DNA from: Balanoglossus misakiensis
Taxonomy: Eukaryota > Animalia > Hemichordata
DNA length: 64,000 nucleotides
Direction: 5' to 3'
Assembly: GCA_040954595.2 (NCBI GenBank)
Contig: CM082582.2
Location: 6,494,303 to 6,558,302, forward strand
This document shows, one piece after another, positions 1 through 15,000 of the stretch; within the stretch, counting starts at the first letter, position 1, and each line of letters starts with the position of its first letter. Below the pieces are notes generated by a model. That model saw only the letters and a program-made list of their open reading frames with translations. It was not told where the DNA came from and did no database searches. The position numbers were made by a program, and so were the translations under genes.

Positions 1-3000
1 ACCCGGTAAAGTTGATTACCTAACCCCGACATCATCTCTGCTGGCACCGACGCTGTCCAATGGCAGCGTGTCGCTGTCCAACGGAGACATCCCCAACGGT
101 CACAAGTCCAAGTCGCAGCCCAGCTCGCCGGTGCGGTCCAGATCGCCGTGGGACCGGCTGTTTGGCGGCAGAAAGCAGAGGAAGTCGTCGGCCATCAGCA
201 GCGTCAGTGGATTGAGTGACTTCAGCGCTAGCGGAAGGTAGGTTTTCCCAGTTTTCCGACAAGGATTTTCAGATTGGCGGTAAATTGAAATTTTTTAGTT
301 TTTTGTGTTGATCATCTGTTCAGGGAAGAAAAAGGAAAATGATGGTATATGATAAATGTGATGCCAGCAAAGAGAGTTGCTGGTTGATTTGGTTAAATAA
401 ATCAGATTCAACTCATGAGGGCGCAGTCACAGACAGGAGAAAGGATCATGAGGATCAATCCGGTGCAGTGTAGTGTCTGCATAGGGACTTTTCAGAAGGA
501 CTATGGGGGCGCTATCACATCTTATGTTGGTTTCTGACGAGCTGAATGTAACCGTGATATACTGTAAAACAAGAGAGAGGCCACTGTTACGCGAGTATTA
601 ATTTTCGCGTTTTCACACATTGTTCTTTCACAACATTATGTACGCGAGTCTTTATTTTCGCGTTTTCTTTTGGCTATCGCGTATTTAGCGTAAATTTAAT
701 GCTCGCGAAAATAAAGTGTTTTACAGTAGCCATGCGTACATAGACATTACAGGGTGATCACCCATGAAAACAGATCAGATGCTTTGTTTTCAGCTCATTT
801 CCTGTTCTTTGGTTTGTTTGAAAGGGCATAATCCTCCAGAGAAATCCAATTATCGAAAAATAATTGCAGGATCGATTTGTTTGGAGGGTGAAAGTGAGAC
901 ACCTGATCTATACAAGAGTGTTGCGTTACACCGAGTTTGGATTTGAGAAAGGTGAACAGTGCAATACAATACAACGCTCTGCCTCTCTCCTTCATGCATC
1001 TGTCTCTTTGACCTTCAGTGTTTTAAATTCCCATGTTAAGCTCTGTAACATACCGTACTACATACCACTTTTGTAAACTGAATATCTGTGTTTGTTTTCT
1101 GCTTGATGTCGTCTTTCAGTTGTGATGGAGATCACGCCAGTCTTAACTCCCCCGCCAGCACCCGACTGCGAGACTTGGTCAAGTCGGTCACTGAACACGC
1201 CAAGAAGATCGGCAAAAACGACGTGCTGCCAGTGGCCACACCAGAACCATCCACACTTGCACCACCACTGCGTAAGTTACATAATTAAGTTACTCATCGT
1301 GTTGTCGCGAGTGAAAAGAATTATTTCAATTCAAGTGATCAACGTTTATGAAGATACATGGGCACGTGATACAACGAATGAGTTAGGGATTTGTTTAACT
1401 TGATCGTACCGGATTAGGTTGCTTAATTTAATCGCGGGTTGTCTATAGCCCAAGCTTCAGGAAACCTGTAACCTTTCAAGTAAAGATTGAACCTTGTTAG
1501 AAGAGACAGCAAATTTAAGTGCAGTTACAGGTCACGGATGTTGGAAAGCCTCAGTGCATTGTGATAGCTTTTTTGTTCTGAAACTTTCCAATGAGGTTGA
1601 GATTTATATACCGCTCTCACTTTTTATTAAAAAAGTTTAATAGGGCAGAGTAAAAATGTGAAGGTACAAGATCGAAAATATGAAGGAATGTGTCAAAAAC
1701 AAAATAACGATGACATGCTAGGTGTCAAAATACACGGGCATATTTAAAACTATTGGCTGTTTGAACACCGCAATGTTCAGATCTGAAATTTGCAATTTTT
1801 GTCTGAAAAGTGTAATGTATTACTGTGGCATAAGTTGTGCTGCTCGAGTCGACATAACTGATTAAGGTAATTTTAATGAAAAAAATTAAATAAAATATCT
1901 TCTGGCCAATTGATTTGCTTTGACCACTCACGAAAATACCAAATGACATCAAAAGATTCATTTGTATTGCAAAAGGTCCGTGTTGCTGCGTGTTGATTCA
2001 TGGTTATCTCCATATTGATTAGGTCAATTATTTCCGTCTCTCTGTTCCCATCCCACATTCATTGACACCTCGCTGGCATTTGAGAAAGTGAAATGTCAGC
2101 AGTTTGTCTGACAGGTACTTGGAACGCTGTGTGATATGCTTTTATCTCACTTAGTTCACACTCCCCGGGGTTTAAATGCACACGGCTGATATCGATAATA
2201 CAGCATCTTCCTCAACCTTGTTTGTCACCCCTATCGCAGTGGTTGAAACTAACTCATTTCCAAGGGATAGATTTGAGCACAGATACTCAAGAAAACATCT
2301 GTGCTTTGAGCAGTATACAAAAGAAGGGATCGACGTATACTTATGTCTTGGTCAAATGTGACTAATTCATTATCTTCACAGATGAAGTGAACAGAAAAAA
2401 AGCTTTTAACTATTCACACCCTGACACTAATTCCCACCCACCCACCCACCCAGCCAAGCCCAACCCATCCCAGGTGATGTATGACATATCATTACAGAAG
2501 TTTTGACATGCTGCATAATCAGTTATGACAGACTGACAGTAACTCTAATCAGATTTATTTGTTGATAAATTAATCTGATTGTCAGTCATCATGTTATATT
2601 GTGTATATGATTCTGATAAATGTATCGTCACAGTCTCTTTGGGATTTGATTAGTTGATGTACGAGGTACCTTACCGGGACCAGTTGTTTTGGCAATATCC
2701 AGTGCCAGAGGTGATCTGAAGATAGATTTCATAGGGTCTTGTCTTGTCACTAATTCTTGATATGATGCATATATCTGAAGGTTAGGGATGCCAATTGCAT
2801 CCGAAGTCCTTTGGTATTAAATCAATGTGATGAATCAAATTAATGCATGATTCATTGGGAGATAAATAAATCATACTGGTATGAAATGCTTTGGATGAAA
2901 AAGGAAACATGTCTTATCGGAATTCACATAGCTTTAGGGTGCTGGGAATGGAAAAAAAAGTTTAGTGTCGCGCACTGCTGGCCTGCAGACACGTCAGTGT

Positions 3001-6000
3001 ATCGATGTTTACGACGGTTCGAGATTGCCTCGGGTCGATGCAAATTACTCCTAAAACAGGCATTTTACTTCTCCGCTCTTTCAAATGAAATCCATTTCAT
3101 TGAATCTTCCAGCAGTGTTGAGCAGAGGGGAATTGCTTTCCTGGGGACGGTCACAGATCAGGGCAAGGCAGTTGCACTATTCATGTAATGATCACAGGCT
3201 GCGGGTCTCTGTTTGTATGGGCGCAGCTGGTTACATCTCCTGTCTGCCAAATTTGTTGATGTGAATCAATATGTAGGACAGCTAGTTGTCGTTTAGCTTG
3301 CGGTAAGCAAACAGAAATTTCCAAGTAAAGTACAGAAAATAACAAAAAAAAACCGTGAAAATAAAAAGTCGCGTAAATATGTTTTTCGGAGATACCGGTA
3401 TCAATGCAGTTAGTGAAATACAAGAACGCAAAAATTTACCGTCGTATAACAGTTGCCTCTTTTGATATCGCGGAAATTTTCTGTAGTGAAAATTTCCCTT
3501 TTTTACAGTATAGGATATATTCAACTGAGACAGTAGTATCCAGATACAACAACAAATAGACCCTTCTTTTTCCTGTTTATTACATTGGCTTGATCATTAC
3601 AATCTCATCACTCTCAGGCCCTTTGAATATTTATTGGAAATTTTTTTTTTCGACATAGCCTGGCCGCTCCAGTCTCAAATAAAAATTTCTAGCCCAGATT
3701 TGCCAATATCGCTGCGGCTTTGGCAAGTTAATGCAATAGTGCCAGTAATCGTAAAACTAACAGCTGTTCCTACTCGGGGCTTGTAATGCCAGGGACAAAC
3801 ACGGTGGTCGGGATGATAGCTCACTAATGAACGATTTGTGGGCTGGAGGTTTTATTGTTAATGCGCAGTGTGTGCGCAGGGCTTGGAAATCGCGAGATGA
3901 ATTGCGCGAGAGTAAACCGGAGCTGAAAGAGACGGATGACGGGAGGATCAGGTTGTTGGGGAACCTGCGGAGAATTTTCAAGCGATCCGGGGAAACGTTG
4001 TCAAGTGTCACGAGTCATTGTTATGCACGTAATTACATGTGCGTTAGCCGCGTCCCCTGAGATAGAGTGAAGTCATCAGGAGTAATAGTAGCCAGCGTTA
4101 TTGATCGCCGCGGCAATCTGGACAGTGAGATTATACTACCTTTCCAGTGATAACAGTGCACACATACAGACAGTTCCACCCGCAGTACTTGTTGGGTACT
4201 GCACGTTGCTGCATCATGTGTTGAGCGGAGCTGGGATATGTGATCTCTCGGATTTTTTCGTTCTGTGTGCGAGAGCGTGTACATGAACATTGAACTACAG
4301 GAATATGTTGGTCTGGTCAAAGTGGAGGGTGAGCTCTCATTTTTCCATTGCTTTTCATTTTAAAAAAAGGTTTTGAATTTCTATCTTGAGTATTACAAAC
4401 CAACCATTTTTCCCTCAGCTTTTAACCTCTGTTTGGATGAACTTGCTTGTAGGGTACTACAAGTAAGAATATTTGTGTAATTTGCATTTTATTTTTACCA
4501 AATGTTATTCATTCTGATTTACATTTTGCTCCTTCACAGGTACCTTTTGCACAAGTTGCATTTGATCTTTTTTTTCTGGTTGTTGTAGATTTTTATTTTT
4601 TATGATCATGGCATTTACTTTCAATCTTTCTTTTATACATGCCATACTGGAAAGCATTTTAGTATTAGATTTTCTTGTTTCATCATTTTCATGGCATGGG
4701 GGTACTACATGTCATTTGTTATTACACAAGGTTCTTCTTTCTTTAACTAACTAAGATGGAGTACAAGTATACAGACAGTAGTCATTGGCCATAATTAAAT
4801 ATGTATCAATATGTCGCCAAAAGTATATTTTTAGGCAGATTTTGAATTATTATAATTTATATTCTCAGCAGCTGTGAGTATTTTATTATTCAAATATGAT
4901 CCTGGGACCGGAAAGAAAAATATTTATCAAGTTTCGGATACCTCAGTGTTACTCTTCGACATGGCAGCTGCAATCATGAAACTTGGCCTCCCTATACTGC
5001 TCAAGTTTAAAGTTGTATTCGTCTTGATATTTTCACAGCACATCCTCCTCCAAAGCGGAATCGTCTGGATTCATTCGCCCCGAGTTCTCTAGCCGAGGAA
5101 ATCGACGACCTCAAGTATGTCGGAAAGGGCTGTTGTAAACTGAAACTGCCCAGGTTTTTCAAGAAGTTGAAAATTGAAGTACGGGATGGCGTCATTGATG
5201 CATCAGGTCAGTGGGTGTTTTTTAACATTCTTTGGTTTAATGATGTATTTAATCCTTTCACCTGCACGCATTGGAATAACCCTGTGATTTTGTGTGGGGT
5301 GGTTGGGTCCATGAACAGCAAAGTAGGGGTGAAAGGGTACTTCAGATAGATTGTGCCTCGCTGATAGATTATAGGAATGAAAGTAAAAGAAACAAGTGAG
5401 AAAATCTTGCTGAAAAATTTATCTGTGTGTCTGATTGATATTCATGCATGGAAATTGAAAGTCCTGCATTTGTATACAATTAAGAATGCGCTTCATGAAA
5501 AAATTTAAAGTCGGGGAGGTGTATTAAAATGTGCAAGACACATCAGTAGTTGTGACCGTGTACTTTACGGGAAATTAAAGTCATTGTCGTAGTCTTAGTG
5601 ACAGGTCCATTTACATGTCATTTGCAAGATCAAGGTGATTCACACCTGAATTTATAACTATTTAAACACTCAGGAAGTCATTCATCGCGGAACTAATAGA
5701 TATCGCTCTGACACCCCAGAGTCTGTAATCACCCCATGTGTGATTCTCAGGGCTTTGTACCTGATGAAAACCTCGCATCTGACTTTCAGAGTATGGTAAT
5801 GTGTCAAACATAGGCTGGAATCAGATGGTCAGCATCTCCCAATGTAATAGCAGCTGTGAATTCTCCCTACGTTAAATAGGTTTTTGCTACCTAGGTGACT
5901 GATGAAAATCTCATGTTCGACACAATTTCAAGATGGCCGATTTTTGCCATGTTTATGAAATGAAAGTTCATTAGATGAAGTGACATCAGTCATTCTGAAT

Positions 6001-9000
6001 TTTGTAACAGAAAAAATCTATTCTTTGTAAATTCAAACTGCACTATCTGTCACTTGACAAATGTAAAGAAAAACAATAATGTGGAGTCACTCATCCATGA
6101 GCCGAATGAGGATTGTAAAGAGTCGCACGCTGTTTTCTAAAACTGAATATAGTCCAAGAAAATCAATTCAACTAACCATTCAACCATAAGCAATGATTGC
6201 TATGGAAACTCACCCTCTGTATACGATGTTTTTGTTAGGGAAAGGGCTGATCTGGAGAGGACCCTTGCTATTTTTCGGTGTCCTGCTTTTTTTATCTGAA
6301 CCTGTCAAAAGTGGACACCTGCTCCGATGTGTAAAAACCATCAACTCAAACACTAACCAATAAAACCACATTTTTTACTGTCCAGGAAACCTGTGGTTGA
6401 CTTGGCTTCACGTTGTGGCCATGGCCTTCATCTACAATGCCATTGTGATATTTCTGCGAGGGGTCTTCCCGTCAGCAAACGCGGATAACATCTGGATTTG
6501 GTGGATGTTCGACTACATGTGTGACACCATCTACGTCATCGACATCTTTCTGCGGATGAGACATCGCTTTGTACTTCATGGAATGTATATCGTAAGTATA
6601 CACAAGTCAGAAATCTACAGTACCATATGCTGTACATGTATATCCACCTCTCATCATTGCACATATCAAATCGCAATCAAATCGCAATCGTACGTAGTAC
6701 GCCATCTTCAGATTGAATGTTATAATTCTAATCCCTGAACATGCAGTGCCTGTGTGCAATTCTTACTTCACAAATCCCGTGCTTATCCAGCATTGTACAC
6801 TCTAAACGTCAACCACTAAATTCCAATTATTCAGAATCAACAATAAAAACAGCAGTCGTGACACTGGAATACAAGTGCGTGACAGAAAATAATCCCTCAC
6901 AGATGACAGAACATTTAAATTTTGTTTGCCAAGATGCAAATTCTAGTTTGCTTGTTTTTATACCAATTCAGTGTGTACGATTCAGTGGAGAATGTTTGAA
7001 ATATCTGTTTGAAGTTGTTGTTTTTCCAAGCTATATTTCATAATCATAAAAATACAGAGCTGTAATTCAATGGTAATCCGCAGCAGATGCTGCAATGAAT
7101 TACCGCTGACACTAAAAACCCTATCACATAAATTGAAGACCAAAGGGATCTGGAGTGACTGGTACATTCTAACCAGCAAGATTTATACTGATGATTTTTT
7201 TTTCCGGGTGTGAAATTTCGCGAGCATCAGTCATTTCGCGCCGAAGCGTCATGACTGATGGTGTTGTGGAGTGTTTGTTTTATTGTAACATAAATTTTTC
7301 AGATTTAGATGTAGTCGTTGCCCTCGTGTAACCTAGCTCCAGTGTTGCTGTTGAAATTAAGTACCAGTAATGTTCATCGGAGATTGGTTGTGTAACCCAA
7401 AGAACATAATTTTTTGCGGCATTCCGTGAAAGTTTCACGCAAAAACACACATACTCTCAAATTACAAATCATAATGGAAGCCTCATGCTGGCTTTTGTGT
7501 TTTACAATATGTCATACTTATTGTGAGGATATTTTCGATCGAGGTTTCTAATACTTTGCATAGGTTTTTCAATTGTTCAAAAACCATTTCCCTCTTATAG
7601 ACATTCCCCATAAACTGTTTTACAACATTTCATAACAGTTGGACACACATTGCAAGGTGTTCCATTTCAGTTTGTATGAAATTTAAAGGACGTTTCCACC
7701 AATCAAAAGTTAGCATTCACTTACAGACATAATCTGATACCAGTTTTATGACTGCCACTAATATGGTACCTATGCAATCTGCTACATGTAATTAATGTCG
7801 CTTGTAATCATGAAAAACTGTGGCATCATGGGCTCTCAAATGATATCGAGGTGAGGATCTCTTCTGAGTGGTTCTAAGTTGAGGCATGATTGTTTTTATC
7901 ACATGAGATATAAAAATTGAAAGCTTGTCCTGAGTCATTACAAAAAGTGGGATCAGATATTTGCATGTGTATTTAATTGTGAGGAATACCTCAAAATAGA
8001 AATAAAAAGTTGAAGAGAGATTTGTCAGTAGTTGGGCATGCTGTAGTTTAGGATTGAACATTTCGTTATTCATACATGATGAAGGGATTTTCATAAAAAG
8101 TCTGTTTTAATTGCTCTCACCTATCGCCTCAATTATTAAATTTGACTCTTTTTTGTATCAGTTCTGCTAGCCAGTTTCTTCTAGTGAGTGCACACCATAC
8201 AATTAATCTTCCTGGCAGCAGTTTTTGCGACTATTAATTTTCACATCTTTGATATTTGGAGATTGACCCCTCTTTCGTTCGCGGTAGAGTTGCGTTGAAA
8301 TTTGCGAGGTCAGTTATTGGAATCACACAAACTCTTTTCAACTGTCACGGGACCACCTAACGCATTTTGACACTGATAGATGCAGTAGCCTTGTTTCGCG
8401 GCTGTGCCGTTTCTCGTTCGTGTGGGAGTCGATCTCCGACAGTCTACAGATGCACGTCAGGTTCACTGCAAACAAACATCCATCAGATCTTTTTTATTGG
8501 CCAGTGTCATTAGTGTTTTCTAGTTTGTCCAGCCAAATTGCTCCGCTGAGAATCCAGCCTACGACCAGCAGTTGACACTGATCAATAACAAAGTCCCTTA
8601 ATCTCCTCAAATCCAATCTGTTTTACTCAGGTTCGGCTAACGAGGAATCATCGTTAATCTGCTCATGTATTAAAATCTACTGAATTTGTTTTTTTGTCAA
8701 CGTTTCTAGACTCTTGCGCAGAAATATTGAGAAGTGCCCTTTTTGTATTGGATCATGATTAAATTTACTTGGCCAAGTACTTTTCATGTACTTTCTGAAG
8801 AAATTCTGATGGTGATTCAAATCAGAAATCTTTTTAATTTTCAATTAGGTTAATTTTTCTATTAGATAACAATCTCATTTCCAAACATTAAAATCTATTT
8901 AATACGTTGTTTGTCAAGTGATTGGCATATTGCTACATGTCTCCATGATATCTGTTCAATCACCATACATTGCAGAATTATGGAGTGTGAAATAAATGGA

Positions 9001-12000
9001 TCTGACTGCATATGACTTTCAACATGGCAGCTTTACTTCAAGGGAAATCCTAACCAAGCTACAGTCCTGTAGCTGTCGTATTTCACATATCCCAGTCTGC
9101 TATTTTCATGTCATTCCTAGCATGCACTGAGATAAATTCAAGTCACAGACCATTAATGCAACCACTCGTATTGATAAAATCTATACATGGGTAGTGATGG
9201 GAATACTGTCTTTTTGATTGTTAGGAACCTAATGTGTTGAACGTTCCTCAAAACACATAATACGCCATGCAATGCAAGTACACCATCAAGTGATAAGATT
9301 TGTGTCCATTTTTACGGAGATCAAATGGGAATAATCACGTCAACTCGTCTCTTACTGACGTATTTATCCAAAATTGCCTTAAGGAAGTTTATCGTCTTCT
9401 GCAATACACTAGGTTGTCAAATAAACAGGGTATTTATTTCTGGGATGTACTAGTAGTGGATTTTCAAGATGTTGTTGGCTTTTAACACTTTTTATTGTCA
9501 ATTGGTAATACTGGGCCATTTGAGTTTTGAATGGTAGTAAATTTGTGAGGAGTACTCAAGCAGATGTAACAATATGCATCTCATAATCCCTGATTTTTAA
9601 AACTCAAATTTGACAAAATTAGTTACTGAAGGGGAATCATGATGTCTTTACTTTTGCTGGTTCTTTGCTGTTCATTTTTCTCAGGTGCACCTGAGACCAG
9701 AACAGCCAAGAATCAGAAAAGATAAAGATATCTGATTTTAATCCAACTGATGAAACACTACATTGTCATTTTCACTCATTAGTGCTGTGCTATGAAGGAT
9801 ATTAATTAATTGACCATGACCATTTTTTCTCAGACTGACAAGAAATTACTGAGGCTACACTACATGAGCTCAAGGCATTTCAAGGTGAGTATTTTATGGT
9901 ATAAGATATATTGACAGTTTAAAAATATTCTTGCATTAAAGAGAGAGTCCACGTTGGCCCGTTTTTGCTTTACTAATTCCTTGAGCGAAATATAAGAAAA
10001 TGTTTAAGACTGATTTTCAAGGTGCGTGCTATCTTAAAAGCTGGCTTACTGTGCATACTGTGTTTCATTGGCTCTCCATAATATTTTCTGTAGTGAAAAT
10101 CACACTTGATTTTGGAGATCTGTGCAAACATTGAATCTCTCTAAATATGAATGTTTTTAAGTAACAACTTCTTGTAATTTTTTTTTGCAGATTGATTTGT
10201 TATGTCTTTTACCATTGGATTTATTCTACATAAAAACTGGTTGCTACGGGGCGAGTGCTTTTTTGAGACTACCCAGGTTGTTAAAGGTTAGTAGTGGGGC
10301 TTCTTAGCTGACTATGCACTCATGTGTAGCAGAAGTAATCACATGCATATAACAGTACATGATCTGTACTGTACATGAATATGTTCTGAATCTGTAAGTG
10401 AATACACATGTTCTGGGTTTCGTCTTGGGCTGCATGGGTTTAGAGGTTTGTGAAATCAGAGTGCGTCAATCTTGATGTAAAAATAGAATACGACATACTT
10501 TCAATTTTTAATTATCTCATGTTGACCTAGCAGTTATAACCTTTGTCCTTTATTGAAGATTAATTATTTCGTCTTCTGATGTATTTTCACCCGCAGGTGC
10601 AAGCATATGTTGAGTTCACTGAAAGATTTGAAAATAAATCAAAGTCTGCCTGGTTGTTCAGGTAAGTCATCTGTCGTTATGGAAAAAATATCTGATTCCA
10701 TGCTCTGTGATTTTTCATGTCACTGTTCCAGGTAAAGAGATACAGGTATACCCCTGGAAATGTAATAAGAAATATTATTTGGTTAATATGGTCCCGTGGA
10801 GACTGCAGAATACCAGATGAATTTTACAAATGTTTGTAGAATCTCAGACAAGGACTTCGAGACGAAATGTTGTGTAATCCTTGATAATGCGAAAATAGAG
10901 ATTCAGATTTTTTGATAAAATGGCATATGTTGCAACATGGTGTTTGTATGGAATGGATATTAGCTTTGTAATTAGTAATTATCTTGTATGTGATTGACAT
11001 TATGAATACTTTCATTTTTTGTCATCAGAGTGGTGAAAACTATTGGATACATGCTGTACATGATTCATTTGAATACTTGCTGTTACTACGCAATCTCTGT
11101 GTGGGAAGGCATTGCGTCCAATGGATGGGTGTGGAACGGAGTAGGGAACAGGTAAGGTCTCTCACGGTCCTCATACGTGACGTCGGCATGGCAATGTGTG
11201 TGGAATCAAGGAGAGGTTTGACTTGTACAGTCAAACCTGTGTTAGTGGTCACTTCTATAGTCTATATAGTGAATAGTGGCCACATATCACAGTCCCTGTG
11301 CAGTTTACATGGTCATGAACAGTTTGACTATATACAACAAAGTGTGAACATGAGAGTTTCATCTACCGGGCAACCTAGTGAAAGAACTGTGCATGTGACG
11401 TGTGTGTTTGTGTTTGTGTGCTCTTTAAATGCGAATGGACAGTGGTATAGGGATTAATGTCCAAGCTGTCACAATGTCTTATCTGCTTGCTAGGTCTTTA
11501 GGGGTAATATCAGTTTTTGTGTCAGTAACTATATAAATAACGCCAATCATTGAGATAACTTACTTTCCAATGTATTAGAAATAGCAATTTATTTCAATAA
11601 TGGCTTGTTCGTCTGAACATTGTGATAAACACAGGCAGTGAAATGAGATTATTTTTCTTATCAGAGAGACTGCGCTGATAGAATCTGCGTGAAATGAGTT
11701 CATTTCATTGTGAAATCCATTTACTGGAAACAAATATTATTATGAACTGGTGAAATGCTAGACTTTCACGCAGACACCCCCTGGTGCATTTCTGTGTTTA
11801 GTTTGGTCCAACTTTACCATTGATGGCAATGGAGTCGGACTAAACCAGACAGTCGAAGGGGGTCAGAATTTGGAATGATTAAAGTACTTTGATTGAGAGT
11901 TCTTGCCGAATTTTCATGGTTGGTTGGTTGCTGCGTTCACTGCATATGGAATGTATCCATGACATACTGGCCCCTCGGTGTGGACAGACATATTCTGAGT

Positions 12001-15000
12001 ACTGCATAACGGAAGCATCAGGGGATTTATCTAAAATGGTAATACAGCAGACAAAACCTGTGAGGCTGTCTGTGAGAGCAGAACAACAGAGTGAGGACGT
12101 GGTCAGCCATAACTTGAAATTTTAACCCAAGAAAAACTATAAAGATGATAGCATCTTATCCTCAGATGACTTTCATTCCTGTAGAACATAATACTTAAAA
12201 CTCCACCCCTGATAATAAAGTATGTACATATACCCACATTTGTTTTGTTCTTTTGAACTTATACCGCTCCCCATTCTCTTTTTCAGCTACATCCGCTGCT
12301 GTTACCGGGCAACCAAGACGTTAATCACCATCGGCAACCTGCCGGACCCCGTCACAACTTTTGAGATTTTCTTCATGAACGTAGACTTCATCATCGGCAT
12401 TTTTGTCTTTGCCACCATCATTGGTCAGGTATGTAGATGATGTCATTTGTCTTCTGTTACCATTATATTAAAGTACTGTTTTAATGCCATATGCGATAGC
12501 CCTTTATGTCAGTGTACATACAGAATATCTGTCCGTATAAAACATGTTTAAATATATTCAAATGATTTTCCAACAAATTTTTTATATTATTCGTGAAATT
12601 ATCACTTGAAATACTTACATAAATGACCACTCCCTAAATGTATATCACTGAACATGCAGAACAATATCAATGACTTTAAAAATGTAAAAACTCTTTAAAG
12701 TTACTGACTTCAACGTGTTATTTAAATCTTACTTTTGGACAGTGCCCATTTTGTTAGGGTTCATTTCCTTTCAAAATTCTGCCATAAAATGCCCTGACAT
12801 ATATGATAGGTGCTGCTCATTTTGTTCCCCCCTTGTAGTTGAAGTCGTTACTTCGCAGCACGCGGGGGAAATGCAATCAAATTTAATTACCGGGAAGTAA
12901 TTTATTCTAGGCACTCTGAAGGGCTTTATACTTGCATCGCGTTTAGTAATCGGCGACTTAATATCCTTCCGTTGAAAAAAAAAAAATTGTGATTCCCATT
13001 CCAGATGAGAGACATCCTAGGGGCAGCGAGGGCCACTAAGGAAGCGTTCCGGCGGCGAATGGACAACACCATGAGGCTGCTGAACACCTGGAAAATCCCG
13101 GAGAAGGCCCAGAAGCGAGTGCGGATGTGGTATCTGTATAACTGGGAGCGGGGAGAACTCTTGGGTACAAATACAATTCTATAAATCATTTGGTGAAATA
13201 TTTGTCAGAGGAAACCTTTGTAATGTCTGTCTGTGTGTTTGTTACCTCTAACATGCATTTATTTGATGGAAGCGATGATTTGTACAAAAATATGATAAAT
13301 GCTGTAAGACTGATGGCAGACTCGAGTGAATTGCTCGCTCTCCAATCACTGGCAACATTGGATTTACTTGGTTAAAGGGGAAAATGGCCTATATAAATGG
13401 GATTATAGGAACACATAATTTGGCCTGATTTGACAGAAATTCAATGTACTTTCGCCCTGTCTAGCAACAGAACCAATCAGGCTTTTCGACATGTACAGAA
13501 TGCACTCGGGGAAGAGTCTCATTACAGAAGGGTGGTGTGCTTTTGAAAAATGGCCGTCGCTGGATTGAGTGCCCAGGGTGTGACAGTTTGGGGTTGAGAG
13601 GAGATATCCTCTTACAAAAGGCAGCAAAATTGTACTGATGGCTTGAAACTGATATTCCACATTCCCATCACGCTGTTTTCCGCGCCATTGCAAATAACAA
13701 ATGAAACCAACGTGTGATGGTGAATGGGAGACGGTGTCGTGGAACTTTTAATAAGTCTGGATTGTTTCACAAGGGAGGGTCAATTACGGCACCTGAACTA
13801 AACACTTGAGTACTAAATACTAGTTCTGTTTTCATTACAGACGAAAAAGAGGTTATGGAGGCAGTGCCCATCAAAATGCAGACAGATCTGGCCATTCATG
13901 TCCACATGGGAACATTAAGTAAAGTCTCGCTCTTTCAGGTGAGTTCGAATCATCACTCCTGTTGGAAAAATTCCAACTGTTACAGTGAGAGAGTACACCT
14001 ACGAGAGACATTGTGTAGGTGTGAATAAAAAGGGGAAATAATTTTTTTCTGGAAATTTTGAGTTCAAACTAATGATTAAATAATTAATGTACCAGTGTAA
14101 TTTTGCAGCTTGGAAAAACCAAGAAAGGGTTAATGAAATTGTAGTATTCAAATCTTGTTCTTTTACTTTTGGTTGGATTGTATTCTATGTGTGGTCTCTG
14201 CCTTTTTGTAATATGTCCTCTGTCAGCTTTTCATACAAATGTGTTCCTACCAGCCTATTTAATTCTGGTTAAAGAGTAATATACAGTGAAACCTGTCATT
14301 ATAGGCACCTCTCTAATCAGGACACCTCTCTATTAAGGACAGGTTTTTCAAGACAAAAGTTACAATTTGAAAAGAATGTTACCTGTCTATTAAGGACAGA
14401 TTATTTTGGTCCTAGAAGTGTCCGTAAAAGACAGGTTTCACTGTATGTCCTTATTTGAGATTTGCCAATGTGTAAAACACTCAAAGCAGCTCAGCTGTGC
14501 AGCTTGGCAGGCTGTAAAAAATTGTGTAATGTAGGGCATGACCGCGTCGGCATCGATCTGCTAGTCCGCGGGCAATGTCAAAGATTGCAGCGGGTAATGA
14601 AGAGTGGCGTCAATTAAGCAAGCCCATTAAGGTGTGGGTTTTTTGACGCACTGTCTGCACTTGGCATGTCTTGACGCTGCATATTTGACATTTGTCAGCA
14701 AAGGGCACTGAATTTGCAAACAGTGACAGCTTGAACTAGAGCCGTATATAGTCTCCTGACAACCTGAGCGTTTTGGAATTGATGAATTTGACCAAACACC
14801 GACGCTAATCAAATGCAAAGAGCAGCAAATTACTGTAAGACGGGTTATTTTTGCGAGCAATAAATTTTCGCGAAATACACGAGAGCCAAAAAAACGTGAA
14901 AATAAAAAGTCATGTAAAATGTTTTTTCAGAGATGACGATGCAGTTAGTGAAATACCAGAATGTGCAAATTAATCCTCGCAAAACAGTTGCCTCTTTTGA

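Noticed and set aside
764-946. Possible extra CNG exon after TTTTCAG at ~792
   Set aside because: In the phase required by the upstream exon it hits a stop within 10 codons; exon <1-237 splices cleanly to 1120.
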